Assembly: GCA_045531355.1 (NCBI GenBank) | Contig: JAZSDW010000053.1 | Span: forward strand, 85 to 64,084 | Origin: Clostridia bacterium | GTDB lineage: Bacteria; Bacillota; Clostridia; UMGS1883; UMGS1540 | Length of the DNA: 64,000 nucleotides | Direction of reading: 5' to 3' | Part shown: piece after piece, positions 1 through 10,278 of the stretch | Numbering within the stretch: the stretch's first letter is position 1 | How the letters are laid out: each line of letters opens with the position of its first letter | Notes under the pieces: generated by a model | The model's input: only the letters and a program-made list of their open reading frames with translations | Databases searched by the model: none | Told to the model about the DNA's origin: nothing | Made by a program: the position numbers and the translations under genes

Positions 1-1204
1 CTGCAGCTTCAAATATAGCAGTGTGTCCAACCATATCACAGTTAGCATAGTTTAAGATAATAGTATCAAATTCTTCACTCTTAATAGATTTAATAACACT
101 TTCAGTAACTTCATATGCACTCATTTCAGGTTGTAAATCAAATGTTGCAACCTTAGGAGATGCTATTAATGTTCTTGATGCTCCTGGTATTTCTTTATCT
201 ACACCACCATCAAAGAAGAAAGTAACATGTGCATATTTTTCTGTTTCCGCAATGCGAAGCTGCGTATATCCTTTTTCGGCAAGATAGTCGCCAAGCGTAT
301 TTTGCAGCTTCTGGGGTTTGAAAGCAATGTCAACATTCGGCATGGTGGCGTCATATTGCGTCATGCAAACATAGGTCAGCGGGAAGAACTTGCGGGTAAA
401 ACCGTCAAAGTCCGCATCGACAAAGGCGCGTGTGATTTCGCGGGCACGGTCGGGACGGAAATTGAAGAACACCACGCTGTCGTTTTTCTCGATTTTTCCT
501 GCATCGGTTGTGGCCGGCACGATAAACTCGTCCGTGACCTCTTCCTCATAGGAAACGCGAACATATTCGGCCGGGTTTGTAATTTTCTTTCCTTTGCCGC
601 TTGTCATACACTTGTAGGCCTTTTCTACGCGGTCCCAGCGGTTATCGCGGTCCATCGCGTAGTAGCGGCCCATAACGGTTGCGATTTCGCCCACACCGAT
701 TTTTTTCATCTCCGCCTCAAGGGCTTCCAGAAAGCCTGCGCCGGAGGTGGGGGAAACATCGCGGCCATCTAACAGGGCGTGTATATACACTTTTTTCAGG
801 TCATGGCGTTTTGCAAGCTGCAGAAGGCCGTAGAGATGCGTGATGTGGCTATGAACACCACCGTCAGATAAAAGGCCGATGAGGTGGAGCGCCGAGCGGT
901 TTTCCTTACAGTTTTCGATTGCAGACAAAAGCGCCTCATTTTCAAAGAAATCTCCGTCCTCAATCGATTTCGTAATCCGGGTCAGCTCCTGATATACAAT
1001 TCTGCCGGCGCCGATATTCGTGTGTCCCACCTCGGAGTTTCCCATTTGCCCCGCGGGTAGACCGACATCTAGACCGCTTGCCTGAATTTCCGTGTGCGGA
1101 TAGGCGGAAAAAAGCCGGTCTAGATTTGGCGTATTTGCCTTCTTGATGGCGTTGCCTTCGTTTGCAGGCGCATGGGCGAAGCCATCCATAATAATAAGCG
1201 CCAT
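1..1204 (-). CDS. gpmI: 2,3-bisphosphoglycerate-independent phosphoglycerate mutase (partial; C-terminus runs off the window)
   Basis: Minus-strand reading frame is open from the ATG at 1204..1202 to position 1. The translation (MALIIMDGFAHAPANEGN...LLDGRDV...KYAHVTFFFDGG...NYANCDMVGHT) matches iPGM family signatures. It is not in the ORF track because no stop codon lies inside the window. Confidence 0.85.
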   Translation of the reverse strand, partial: MALIIMDGFAHAPANEGNAIKKANTPNLDRLFSAYPHTEIQASGLDVGLPAGQMGNSEVGHTNIGAGRIVYQELTRITKSIEDGDFFENEALLSAIENCKENRSALHLIGLLSDGGVHSHITHLYGLLQLAKRHDLKKVYIHALLDGRDVSPTSGAGFLEALEAEMKKIGVGEIATVMGRYYAMDRDNRWDRVEKAYKCMTSGKGKKITNPAEYVRVSYEEEVTDEFIVPATTDAGKIEKNDSVVFFNFRPDRAREITRAFVDADFDGFTRKFFPLTYVCMTQYDATMPNVDIAFKPQKLQNTLGDYLAEKGYTQLRIAETEKYAHVTFFFDGGVDKEIPGASRTLIASPKVATFDLQPEMSAYEVTESVIKSIKSEEFDTIILNYANCDMVGHTAIFEAA

Positions 1205-1382
1205 AAGTTGTTTATCCAAAATAATCTTCCTTTCAGGGGGCGATACAGGCGACACCGGAGCGGATACCGCATGCTTTCTGCCCTTTCAATAAAAAAGCGG
1301 TAGAAAAACCAAAGCCTGTGCAAGGCCGGAGCCTTGCACAGGATATAGGGACAATCTACGCCTTTTTGATTTTGTAATGCAA

Positions 1383-2132
1383 TTAGCTATTTGCAATAAC
1401 CGTAAAGTCATCGGCCTTAAGGCTTGCACCGCCGACCAGACCTCCATCGATATCGCTGCAGGCAAACAACGCTTCGGCGTTGCCGGCATTTACGCTGCCA
1501 CCGTAAAGAATCCGGATTTCGTCTGCAACCTCGGCGCCATAAAGCTCGGAAACCAGAACGCGGATTGCGGCGCAAACTTCGTTGGCCTGCTCATTCGTTG
1601 CCGTCTTACCGGTGCCGATTGCCCAGATGGGCTCGTAAGCAATTACAACCGTTTTTGCCTTCTCGGCAGGTACATTCTGCAGTGCCTTTTTCAGCTGCAT
1701 GCGAATCCATTCGATGGTAATGCCGTCTTCGCGCTGGGCAAGGCTTTCGCCGCAGCAAAGGACGGGGCAAAGATCAACTTCGAGCGCCTTTAAGACTTTC
1801 TTGTTTACGGTTTCATCGGTTTCACCAAAGTATTCTCTTCTCTCGGAATGGCCGATAATTACATGGCTGACGCCCATTTCCAGAAGCATACCGGGGGCAA
1901 TTTCGCCTGTGAACGCACCCTTGTCTTCAAAGTGCATGTTCTGTGCGCCGACTGCAATTTTAGTGCCCTTTGCGGCCGCAAGAACGGCGTCGAGGCATAC
2001 ATACGGCGGGCAAACAAGAACCTCATTCTTTGCATTTGCGGCTTTTTCGGCCAGTTCCTTCATAAGTGCAGCAGCTTCGGCGGGCGTTTTGTTCATTTTC
2101 CAGTTGCCGGCTGCAATTTTTGTTCTGCTCAT
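1383..2132 (-). CDS. tpiA: triosephosphate isomerase
   Basis: 249 aa, [16 protein letters not shown]...; carries the TIM motifs ([21 protein letters not shown]). Confidence 0.9.
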   Translation of the reverse strand: MSRTKIAAGNWKMNKTPAEAAALMKELAEKAANAKNEVLVCPPYVCLDAVLAAAKGTKIAVGAQNMHFEDKGAFTGEIAPGMLLEMGVSHVIIGHSERREYFGETDETVNKKVLKALEVDLCPVLCCGESLAQREDGITIEWIRMQLKKALQNVPAEKAKTVVIAYEPIWAIGTGKTATNEQANEVCAAIRVLVSELYGAEVADEIRILYGGSVNAGNAEALFACSDIDGGLVGGASLKADDFTVIANS

Positions 2133-2159
2133 TGACTTTGTTCCTTTCTTCGTTATGAA

Positions 2160-3356
2160 TTATTTATCTTGGAGACAGGCAATACCCGGAAGGATTTTGC
2201 CTTCTAAAAATTCGAGAGAAGCACCGCCACCGGTGGAGATGTGCGTCATCTTATCTGCAAAGCCGAGCTGCTCAACAGCAGCTGCACTGTCGCCACCGCC
2301 GATGATTGTAACGGCATCAGTTTCCGCCAGCGCCTTTGCAATTGCAATCGTGCCTTTTGCGAGTACGGGATTTTCAAATACGCCCATCGGCCCGTTCCAG
2401 ACAACAGTTTTTGCCGATTTTACAGCCTCAGCAAAGAGCGCCTGCGTTTTCGGCCCAATGTCAAGGCCCATTACATCTGCGCTGATTTTATCTGCGTCGC
2501 AGGCGGAAACAGGAATTTCAGCATCAATGGGATCCGGGAAAGCAGACGCTACCATCGTATCTACCGGCAGAAGCAGCTCAACGCCAGCTTTTTCCGCTTT
2601 TTCCAGAAGTCCTTTCGCAAGATCCAGCTTTTCGGCATCAAAGAGGGATTTACCGATTTCATAGCCTTTAGCCTTGAGGAAGGTATAGGCCATACCGCCA
2701 CCGATGATCAGTTTGTCTACCTTGCCGATGAGGTTTTCGATAACGGCAATTTTGTCCGAAACCTTTGCGCCGCCCAAAATGGCAACAAAGGGACGCTCCG
2801 GCGCGGAAAGGGCCTTGCCCATTACATCCAGTTCTTTCTGAATAAGGTAGCCGCATACACCCGTCAGATAGTCCGCAACACCGGCGGTGGAAGCATGGGC
2901 GCGGTGCGCCGTGCCGAACGCATCGTTTACAAAAATGTCTGCTAAAGACGCCAGTTCCTTTGCAAAAGCGGGATCATTCTTTTCCTCTTCTTTGTGGAAA
3001 CGGACATTCTCTAAAAGAACAACATCGCCGGTAGCCATGTTGGCCGTCAACGCCTTTGCGCTTTCGCCGATAACATCGCTTGCCATCTTCACTTCCTTGC
3101 CGAGAAGCTCGGAAAGACGCTTGGCGACCGGAGCGAGGCTATATTTAGGATTAAATTCACCCTTTGGACGGCCGAGATGCGAGCAAAGAATTACTTTTGC
3201 ACCTTCCTCTATGAGGTACGAAATGGTGGGAAGAGCACCCAGAATTCTAGTTTCGTCCGTAATGTTCTTGTCTGCATCTAAGGGGACATTAAAATCGCAG
3301 CGGACAAGAACCTTTCTGCCGGCGAGAGTAACATACTCAATGGTTTTCTTGTTCAT
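2160..3356 (-). CDS. pgk: phosphoglycerate kinase
   Basis: PGK motifs (RCDFNVP, hinge GGGMAYTF). I prefer the ATG at 3356, which has an AGGAGTG RBS, over the GTG at 3365 used by the ORF track. Confidence 0.9.
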   Translation of the reverse strand: MNKKTIEYVTLAGRKVLVRCDFNVPLDADKNITDETRILGALPTISYLIEEGAKVILCSHLGRPKGEFNPKYSLAPVAKRLSELLGKEVKMASDVIGESAKALTANMATGDVVLLENVRFHKEEEKNDPAFAKELASLADIFVNDAFGTAHRAHASTAGVADYLTGVCGYLIQKELDVMGKALSAPERPFVAILGGAKVSDKIAVIENLIGKVDKLIIGGGMAYTFLKAKGYEIGKSLFDAEKLDLAKGLLEKAEKAGVELLLPVDTMVASAFPDPIDAEIPVSACDADKISADVMGLDIGPKTQALFAEAVKSAKTVVWNGPMGVFENPVLAKGTIAIAKALAETDAVTIIGGGDSAAAVEQLGFADKMTHISTGGGASLEFLEGKILPGIACLQDK

Positions 3357-3464
3357 ATTTTTCACTCCTACTCAATTTTTCTATTATTTTACACCAAAAA
3401 GGCCTTAAAATCAAGTGAAATTTGAAAAAAAGAGAAAATGTGGGAAATTTTCTGGAAACGGTGC

Positions 3465-3494
3465 TTGACACCATGGGGATTTTTGCGGTATAAT
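3465..3494 (+). promoter_or_regulatory. sigma-A type promoter upstream of recA (TTGACA, 18-nt spacer, TATAAT)
   Basis: TTGACA at 3465-3470 and TATAAT at 3489-3494, about 25 nt upstream of the recA RBS. Confidence 0.5.
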
Positions 3495-3519
3495 TAAGGT
3501 AGAAAAGGAGCGTGCGAAC

Positions 3520-4536
3520 ATGTCAGAGAAGAAAAAAGCCCTGGAAGCGGCAATGGGGCAAATTGAGAAACAATTCGGCAAGGGTGCCGTTATGAAGATG
3601 GGCGAGAATACACATTTAAATATTGAAGCGATTCCGACCGGTTCGCTGTCCCTCGACCTGGCGCTGGGCATCGGCGGTGTTCCGCGCGGAAGAATTGTAG
3701 AGATTTACGGGCCGGAATCCTCCGGTAAAACCACGGTTGCGCTGCACATTATTGCGGAAGCACAAAAACGCGGCGGTGAGGTGGCATTCATCGACGCCGA
3801 GCACGCGCTTGACCCGCAATATGCGAAAAATTTAGGCGTCGATGTTGATGAACTGATTGTTGCCCAGCCGGATACCGGCGAGCAGGCGCTGGAAATTGCG
3901 GAAGCGCTCGTTCGAAGCGGTGCGTTGGATGTTCTGGTTGTCGACTCGGTAGCGGCGCTCGTGCCGAAGGCTGAAATTGAAGGCGAAATGGGCGATTCCC
4001 ATGTAGGCCTGCAGGCGCGCCTCATGAGCCAGGCGCTCCGTAAGCTTGCCGGTGTTGTTAATAAATCGAATACGACCGCGATTTTTATAAACCAGCTTCG
4101 TGAAAAGGTGGGCGTGATGTACGGGAATCCCGAGGTAACAACCGGCGGCCGTGCACTGAAATTCTATGCTTCCGTCCGCCTGGATGTACGCAGAATTGAG
4201 GGCATTAAGGTCGACGGAAATATCGTCGGCAACCGCACCCGCATCAAAGTTGTGAAAAACAAGGTGGCGCCGCCGTTCAGAGAGGCAGAATGCGACATTA
4301 TGTATGGCCAGGGCATTTCCAAAGCCGGCAACATTTTAGACCTTGCGGCAGACTATGGCCTTCTGGAAAAAAGCGGGGCGTGGTATTCCTATGAAGGACA
4401 GAGAATCGGCCAGGGCCGCGAAAACGCGAAGAAATTCCTCATCGACAATCCGGAAATCATGGAAACGCTCGATAGAAAGGTGCGGGAGAAGGTCATCGCA
4501 GCTACTGCCGGCCAAAAGGAAGCCGCGGAGGAATAA
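3520..4536 (+). CDS. recA: recombinase RecA
   Basis: 338 aa; Walker [10 protein letters not shown] and the canonical RecA core sequence. Confidence 0.95.
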   Translation: MSEKKKALEAAMGQIEKQFGKGAVMKMGENTHLNIEAIPTGSLSLDLALGIGGVPRGRIVEIYGPESSGKTTVALHIIAEAQKRGGEVAFIDAEHALDPQYAKNLGVDVDELIVAQPDTGEQALEIAEALVRSGALDVLVVDSVAALVPKAEIEGEMGDSHVGLQARLMSQALRKLAGVVNKSNTTAIFINQLREKVGVMYGNPEVTTGGRALKFYASVRLDVRRIEGIKVDGNIVGNRTRIKVVKNKVAPPFREAECDIMYGQGISKAGNILDLAADYGLLEKSGAWYSYEGQRIGQGRENAKKFLIDNPEIMETLDRKVREKVIAATAGQKEAAEE

Positions 4537-4550
4537 TTTTCAAAAAAGCC

Positions 4551-4579
4551 TTGCAAATATGGGCTTTTCATGGTATACT
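4551..4579 (+). promoter_or_regulatory. promoter of the pheST leader (TTGCAA, 17-nt spacer, extended -10 TGGTATACT)
   Basis: Hexamers sit at 4551-4556 and 4574-4579, with TG at -15/-14. Confidence 0.55.
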
Positions 4580-4585
4580 AGGAAA

Positions 4586-4830
4586 AAAGCGAGGAACGGG
4601 AGAGTAACCGGAAGGTACCTTTTCGAGAGAGAAAACGCCGTGGGCTGGAAGCGTTTTTAAGGGAAATCCGGCGAAGTTCACCCGGGAGCTGCACCCTTGA
4701 AAAAGGAGTAGGGGGTGCCGGAAGAGGCCCGTCAGCCTTTTATGAAGCGCCTGCCAAAACGAGGTAGGAACTAGGGTGGTACCGCGGAAGAAATTTCGTC
4801 CCTTACAAGAAATTGTGAGGGACTTTTTTT
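4586..4830 (+). promoter_or_regulatory. T-box riboswitch leader (tRNA-Phe responsive) with intrinsic terminator
   Basis: The conserved T-box sequence AACTAGGGTGGTACCGCGG lies at 4769-4787. A terminator hairpin GTCCCTTA...TGAGGGAC at 4797-4823 is followed by a T7 run. A UUC-containing loop sits in the 5' stem region, and the element is directly upstream of pheS. Confidence 0.75.
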
Positions 4831-4874
4831 GTGTCCCTATTCTGGAGACAGGCTAAAAAGAAAGGAAGAAAAGT

Positions 4875-5894
4875 ATGAAGGAGCAACTGCAAACAATTCG
4901 CACGGCGGCTGAAAAAGCGCTTTTAGAAGCGGCCGACCTTGCGACACTGGAAGAAATTCGGGTGCAATATCTGGGGAAAAAGGGCGAGCTTACGGCTGTG
5001 CTTCGCGGCATGGGGGCGCTTTCGCCGGAGGAGCGACCGGTAATTGGACAGGTCGCAAACGAGGTGCGCGCTCACATTGAAAGCATTCTGGAAGAAAAGA
5101 AGGCCACGCTTTCTAAAAAAGCGAGAGAGGAAAAGCTTAAAGGAGAGCGAATTGATGTTACGCTTCCCGGCACCGATACGCCGCTTGCACGGCGTCATCC
5201 GCTCGTAATGGTGCAAAAAGAGGTGGAAAATATTTTCATAGGCATGGGCTTTACTATCGGGGAAGGGCCGGATATCGAAAGTGACTACTATAATTTTGAA
5301 GCCTTAAACCTCCCGCCGGACCATCCGGCACGCGACACGCAGGATACCTTCTATATTAGCGATAACATTCTGCTCCGCACGCAGACTTCGTCCGTGCAGA
5401 TTCGTACGATGGAGAAGGAAAAACCGCCGATTAAGATGATTTCGCCGGGGCGCGTATACCGTTCGGATGCGCTGGATGCCACCCATTCGCCGGTGTTCCA
5501 TCAGATTGAGGGCCTTGTGGTAGACCGCGGCATTACGATGGGCGATTTAAAGGGCACTTTAGAGGCATTTTTGCAGAAATTATACGGCGAGAGCGTCCGC
5601 GTACGCTTCCGGCCGCATCACTTCCCGTTCACCGAGCCGAGCGCGGAGGTGGATATTTCCTGCTTCGTCTGTGGCGGCGAGGGTTGCCGTGTTTGCAAGG
5701 GCGAGGGCTGGATTGAGATTCTGGGCGCCGGCATGGTGCACCCGAAGGTGCTGCGCGGCTGCGGGATTGACCCGGAAATTTACAGCGGCTTTGCCTTTGG
5801 CGTCGGTCTTGAGCGTATTGCGATGCGCCGCTTTGGTATTGATGATATTCGTCTGTTTATGGAAAACGATATTCGTTTCTTAAAACAGTTTTAA
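4875..5894 (+). CDS. pheS: phenylalanine--tRNA ligase alpha subunit
   Basis: 339 aa with class II aaRS motifs ([19 protein letters not shown]). Confidence 0.95.
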   Translation: MKEQLQTIRTAAEKALLEAADLATLEEIRVQYLGKKGELTAVLRGMGALSPEERPVIGQVANEVRAHIESILEEKKATLSKKAREEKLKGERIDVTLPGTDTPLARRHPLVMVQKEVENIFIGMGFTIGEGPDIESDYYNFEALNLPPDHPARDTQDTFYISDNILLRTQTSSVQIRTMEKEKPPIKMISPGRVYRSDALDATHSPVFHQIEGLVVDRGITMGDLKGTLEAFLQKLYGESVRVRFRPHHFPFTEPSAEVDISCFVCGGEGCRVCKGEGWIEILGAGMVHPKVLRGCGIDPEIYSGFAFGVGLERIAMRRFGIDDIRLFMENDIRFLKQF

Positions 5895-5915
5895 GTAGGA
5901 AGGAAGGGAAAAGGA

Positions 5916-8276
5916 ATGAAATTACCGCTGAGTTGGATTCGCGAATATGCGGACATTGAAGATATAAGCCCGAAGGCGTATGCCGATGCGCTGACGATGT
6001 CCGGCTCGAAAGTCGAAGGCCTTGAAGAGATGGGCGCCGAGATTCAAAAGGTTGTTATCGGCAAAATTCTGACGAAGGAGCACCATGAAAATGCGGACAC
6101 GCTCTGGATTTGCGGCGTGGATACCGGGGAGGAAGAACCGTTGCAGATTGTAACGGCAGCGCAGAATATGAATGTGGGGGATACTGTGCCCGTTGCGCTT
6201 TCCGGCGCAAGCCTTATAGGTGGCATCCGCATCAAAGCCAGCAAACTGCGCGGTGTATTAAGTCAGGGTATGTTCTGCTCGCACGAGGAGCTGGGGCTTG
6301 CGATGGAAGATGTGCCGGGCGCATGTGAAGACGGCATTATTCTCTTTCCAAAAGCGCACAAGCCGGGCACAGATGTCAAAGATGTGTTAGGGCTTCGGGA
6401 TGTTGTGGTGGATTTTGAAATCACCTCCAACCGCCCCGATTGTCTCAGCGCTATCGGCCTTGGCCGTGAAACGGCGGCAACCTTTGGCGTGCCATTCCAT
6501 AAGAAAGCGCCGGCTGAAACCGGAAACGCCGAAAACGCGGCCGATTTTGTATCGGTCGACATCCGGGACAAGGCACTTTGTACCCGCTACATCGCGCGCG
6601 TTGTTAAGGACATTAAAATTGCGCCCTCGCCCAAATGGATGCGCGACCGTCTAGCCGGTTGCGGCGTCCGTCCCATCAACAATATTGTGGATATTACAAA
6701 CTATGTTATGCTGGAATACGGCCAGCCGATGCACGCCTTTGACAGAAACTTTTTAAAAGGGCAGGAGATTATCGTGCGCCGTGCCGAAAATGGCGAGAAG
6801 CTGACAACGCTGGACGGCGTAGAGCGCCAGCTTACAGCGGACATGCTCGTGATTGCAGACCGCGATCGGGCGGTGGCTGTTGCCGGCGTTATGGGCGGTG
6901 AAAATTCAGAAATTCAGTCTGATACAAAAGAAGTTATTTTTGAAGCTGCCATGTTTGACGGCGCCAGCGTTCGCAAAACGGCGAAGGCGTTGGGGCTTCG
7001 CACGGAGTCGTCAGCCCGGTTTGAAAAGGGGCTTGATAAGGAGATGCCGCTGGAAGCGGTCAACCGCGCCTGCGAACTTGTGGAACTTTTAGGGGCAGGC
7101 ACCGTGGTGGGTGGCATGATCGATATTTATCCCGAAAAGGCAGAACGGCGGCGCCTTCCGCTCTGCCCGGAGAAAATCAATGCGTTTTTAGGCACCGGGA
7201 TTCCGAAGGCGAAAATGGAAGAAATTCTGACGGCAATTGGTTTTGAGATAGACGGCGAAGCGGTGCTTGTGCCGACCTATCGTGCAGATATCGAAGAATT
7301 TGCAGATGTGGCGGAGGAAATTGCCCGTTTTTATGGGTACAACAACATTTCGTCCACGCTGATGCGGAGTGTAAGCGGCGTAGGCGGCAGAAGCCGCACG
7401 CAGCAGCTCGAGGAAAAAATTGCCGACACCTTGGCGGGACTCGGCTTTTATGAAACGATGACCACCTCGTTTGTTCATCCCGATGCGCCGAAGATGCTGG
7501 GACGCGATGAAGCGTGCATCCGGATTTTAAACCCGCTGGGCGAAGAAAATTCGGCAATGCGCACCTCGCTTTTAAACGGAAGCCTTGAGGTGTTGGCGCG
7601 AAATGCCAATCAAAGAGCACCGCGTGCATTGATATTTGAAATCGGCAAGGTCTATAAAAACCTTGCAGAAGATACGCTTGCCGAGGAGCCGAAGATGCTT
7701 TCCGTCGGTGGCTATGGGCTGGACTTTTTCCAGCTGAAAGGAAGCGTAGAGGCAATGCTCGGCGCTATTGGCGTTACGGACTATGCCTTTGAAAGAGCAC
7801 CGGAAAACGCCACCTTCCACCCTGGCAAAACGGCGGTCTTGAAAATTGCAGGACAGGAAGCAGGGCTTATCGGCGAAATCCATCCGCTTGTGCGCGAACG
7901 CTTTGCACTTGAGCAGGAGGTATATCTCGGCGAGTTTACGCTTTCGGTACTGCTTGAGGCGGCAAGTGCAGAAAAAACCTATAAACCGCTTGGCCGGTAT
8001 CCGGCAGTAAATCGCGACCTTGCGGTTCTTGTCGATGCAGAGCTGGAAGCGGCGAGTGTGGAAAAGGTTATCCGCCAGTATGCCGGCGGCAAAGCCGAGG
8101 AAATTCGTCTTTTCGATGTCTATTGCGGCAAGCAGGTGCCGGAAGGCAAAAAGAGCATGGCCTATACAATTACCTTCCGTGCGGCGGACAAGACCTTAAG
8201 TGATGAAGAGGTCACAAAAATTACAGATAAAATTCTCAGGATGCTGGAAAAAGAGCTGGGCGCCGTTCTTCGCTAG
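5916..8276 (+). CDS. pheT: phenylalanine--tRNA ligase beta subunit
   Basis: 786 aa with B3/B4, tRNA-binding and B5 domain sequence. It follows pheS after a 21-nt gap. Confidence 0.95.
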   Translation: MKLPLSWIREYADIEDISPKAYADALTMSGSKVEGLEEMGAEIQKVVIGKILTKEHHENADTLWICGVDTGEEEPLQIVTAAQNMNVGDTVPVALSGASLIGGIRIKASKLRGVLSQGMFCSHEELGLAMEDVPGACEDGIILFPKAHKPGTDVKDVLGLRDVVVDFEITSNRPDCLSAIGLGRETAATFGVPFHKKAPAETGNAENAADFVSVDIRDKALCTRYIARVVKDIKIAPSPKWMRDRLAGCGVRPINNIVDITNYVMLEYGQPMHAFDRNFLKGQEIIVRRAENGEKLTTLDGVERQLTADMLVIADRDRAVAVAGVMGGENSEIQSDTKEVIFEAAMFDGASVRKTAKALGLRTESSARFEKGLDKEMPLEAVNRACELVELLGAGTVVGGMIDIYPEKAERRRLPLCPEKINAFLGTGIPKAKMEEILTAIGFEIDGEAVLVPTYRADIEEFADVAEEIARFYGYNNISSTLMRSVSGVGGRSRTQQLEEKIADTLAGLGFYETMTTSFVHPDAPKMLGRDEACIRILNPLGEENSAMRTSLLNGSLEVLARNANQRAPRALIFEIGKVYKNLAEDTLAEEPKMLSVGGYGLDFFQLKGSVEAMLGAIGVTDYAFERAPENATFHPGKTAVLKIAGQEAGLIGEIHPLVRERFALEQEVYLGEFTLSVLLEAASAEKTYKPLGRYPAVNRDLAVLVDAELEAASVEKVIRQYAGGKAEEIRLFDVYCGKQVPEGKKSMAYTITFRAADKTLSDEEVTKITDKILRMLEKELGAVLR

Positions 8277-8299
8277 AGCGGCGGCCAAAGGGGCAGAAA

Positions 8300-10021
8300 A
8301 TGAAACAACTGTTGGCTTTTTTAAAGTATTATAGGCCTTACGGCTGGATATTGGCGGCGGATTTATTTTGCGCCACTTTTTCCAGTTTGTGTGAACTTGT
8401 GTTCCCGGTGCTCGTCCGCGAAATTACGGATATGGCGGGCGCGGGTACGCTGGTGTTTTCTGTAATTCTCCGCATTTCCGCCTTTTATTTGTTTTTGCGC
8501 CTTCTTGATACGCTTGCAAACTATTATACGAGCAATATGGGCCATGTGATGGGTGCCAGAATGGAAACGGATATGCGGCGGGATCTCTTTGCACATCTGC
8601 AGAAGCTTTCCTTCCGCTTTTACGACAATGCCAAGGTCGGACAGATTATGTCCCGCATTACGCATGACCTTTTTGATGTTACGGAATTTGCACACCATTG
8701 TCCGGAAGAGTTTTTTATTTCCGGCATTAAAATTATAGGGTCCTTCCTTATTCTATTGCGCGTCAATGTTCCGCTGACACTTTATCTCTTTTTGCTTTTA
8801 CCGTTGATGCTGATTTCCCGTATCCTGCTTCGGAAGCGGATGAAAGCGGCCTTCCAAAAACAAAGAGAAGAGGTCGGGGCACTCAATGCGGCCATAGAGG
8901 ATAACCTTCTGGGGATTCGCGTTGTGAAAAGCTTTGCGAATGAGGCGTACGAAAAAGAAAAATTTGCGGATGGAAACCAGCGGTTTTTATCCGTAAAACG
9001 CATGGCATATAAATATATGGCGCTTTTCCACGGCGGGATTCGCTTTTTTGATGGTGTTATGTATATTGCCGTGATTTTGCTGGGCGCGCTGTATCTTTTA
9101 AATGGAAAAATTTCGGCGGGCGATTTTATGGCGTATCTTTTGTATATCCAGGCGCTGATTGCCTCTTTGCGCCGGCTGGTGGAATTTACAGAGCAGTTCC
9201 AGCGCGGGACAACCGGAATTGCACGCTTTTTTGAGATTATAAACGAGCCTGTGGAAATTGCGGATTTGCCTTCTGCGGTGCCGCTTTCGAATGTAGAGGG
9301 GCGGGTGGAATTTGTCGATGTCAGCTTCCGGTATACACCGGAGGGACAAGAAGTCCTTTCCCACATCGACCTTACGGTAGAACCCGGCGAACACATTGCG
9401 CTTGTTGGGCCGTCCGGCGGGGGAAAAACGACATTTTGCAGCTTGATTCCGCGATTCTATGAAACGATGGCGGGGAAAATTTTAATTGACGGCAAGGATG
9501 TGCGGGAAGTTACGATTGCGTCCCTTCGCAAGAATATCGGCGTGGTGCAGCAGGATGTATATCTATTTAGCGGAACGGTGGGCGAAAACATTCTGTATGG
9601 CCGGCCAACTGCCACCAGAGAAGAAATGCAAGCGGCCGCGCGTGCAGCCGGGGCTGACGGATTTATTGCGGAGCTTCCCGACGGATACGATACCTATGTC
9701 GGCGAGCGCGGCGTCAAGCTTTCCGGCGGCCAGAAGCAGCGGATTGCGATTGCACGATTGTTTTTGAAAAACCCGCCGATTCTCATTTTAGACGAAGCAA
9801 CAAGCGCGCTTGATAATGAGAGCGAACGCCTCGTACAGGCGTCTCTTGACAGGCTTGCCAAAGGAAGGACGACCTTCACGATTGCACACCGCCTGACAAC
9901 GGTGCGCGGTGCTGACCGCATTCTGGTGCTCACAGAAAACGGCATTGAGGAAAGTGGTACGCACGAAGAACTTTTGGAAAAAAAGGGAATATATTCCCAT
10001 TTGCATCGTTTATACACCTAA
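8300..10021 (+). CDS. ABC exporter, fused permease/ATP-binding protein (homodimeric type)
   Basis: 573 aa. The N-terminal half has 6 TM segments; the C-terminal NBD carries Walker A GPSGGGKTT, signature LSGGQKQR and Walker B ILILDEATSALD. Confidence 0.8.
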   Translation: MKQLLAFLKYYRPYGWILAADLFCATFSSLCELVFPVLVREITDMAGAGTLVFSVILRISAFYLFLRLLDTLANYYTSNMGHVMGARMETDMRRDLFAHLQKLSFRFYDNAKVGQIMSRITHDLFDVTEFAHHCPEEFFISGIKIIGSFLILLRVNVPLTLYLFLLLPLMLISRILLRKRMKAAFQKQREEVGALNAAIEDNLLGIRVVKSFANEAYEKEKFADGNQRFLSVKRMAYKYMALFHGGIRFFDGVMYIAVILLGALYLLNGKISAGDFMAYLLYIQALIASLRRLVEFTEQFQRGTTGIARFFEIINEPVEIADLPSAVPLSNVEGRVEFVDVSFRYTPEGQEVLSHIDLTVEPGEHIALVGPSGGGKTTFCSLIPRFYETMAGKILIDGKDVREVTIASLRKNIGVVQQDVYLFSGTVGENILYGRPTATREEMQAAARAAGADGFIAELPDGYDTYVGERGVKLSGGQKQRIAIARLFLKNPPILILDEATSALDNESERLVQASLDRLAKGRTTFTIAHRLTTVRGADRILVLTENGIEESGTHEELLEKKGIYSHLHRLYT

Positions 10022-10278
10022 AAAAGAACCCTCGTCCCGTTCGGCGCAAGATTTGGAAGGCGATTGCTTTTTGCCTACCATACCTTGTGAGAAATGCAGA
10101 TTTGTAATAGAATTGTAAAAATAATGCTGGCTTTTTGCGAGGAAAAATGGTATACTAAATATACAAGGTGGGCGGCTCGTGTAGTCGCCCGTTTCTAACC
10201 GAAAAAATAGGCAGTGCCGCAAGACGGCAGCGCTTTTTCTGTTGCAAAAAGAGAAGAAGGGAAAAGGAGTCTCCCCTT

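Noticed and set aside
227-772. 181-aa plus-strand ORF at the start of the window
   Set aside because: It is entirely antisense to the continuous, conserved gpmI reading frame. It has no RBS and its product is a low-complexity Arg/Gly/Ala-rich sequence typical of high-GC antisense frames.
1699-2664. 321-aa plus-strand ORF spanning the tpiA/pgk junction
   Set aside because: It is antisense to two well-conserved glycolytic genes and crosses their intergenic region. Its composition is Ser/Ala/Pro-rich, a shadow frame.
3366-3519. LexA/DinR (Cheo) box upstream of recA
   Set aside because: I looked for GAAC-N4-GTTC or CGAACRNRYGTTYG near the recA promoter and saw only a good -35/-10 pair. No convincing SOS operator could be supported by eye.
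10168-10278. Upstream extension of the dnaD-like ORF (MGGSCSRPF...)
   Set aside because: It covers the structured leader with hairpins and a T-run. A good AAGGAG RBS precedes the ATG at 10279.
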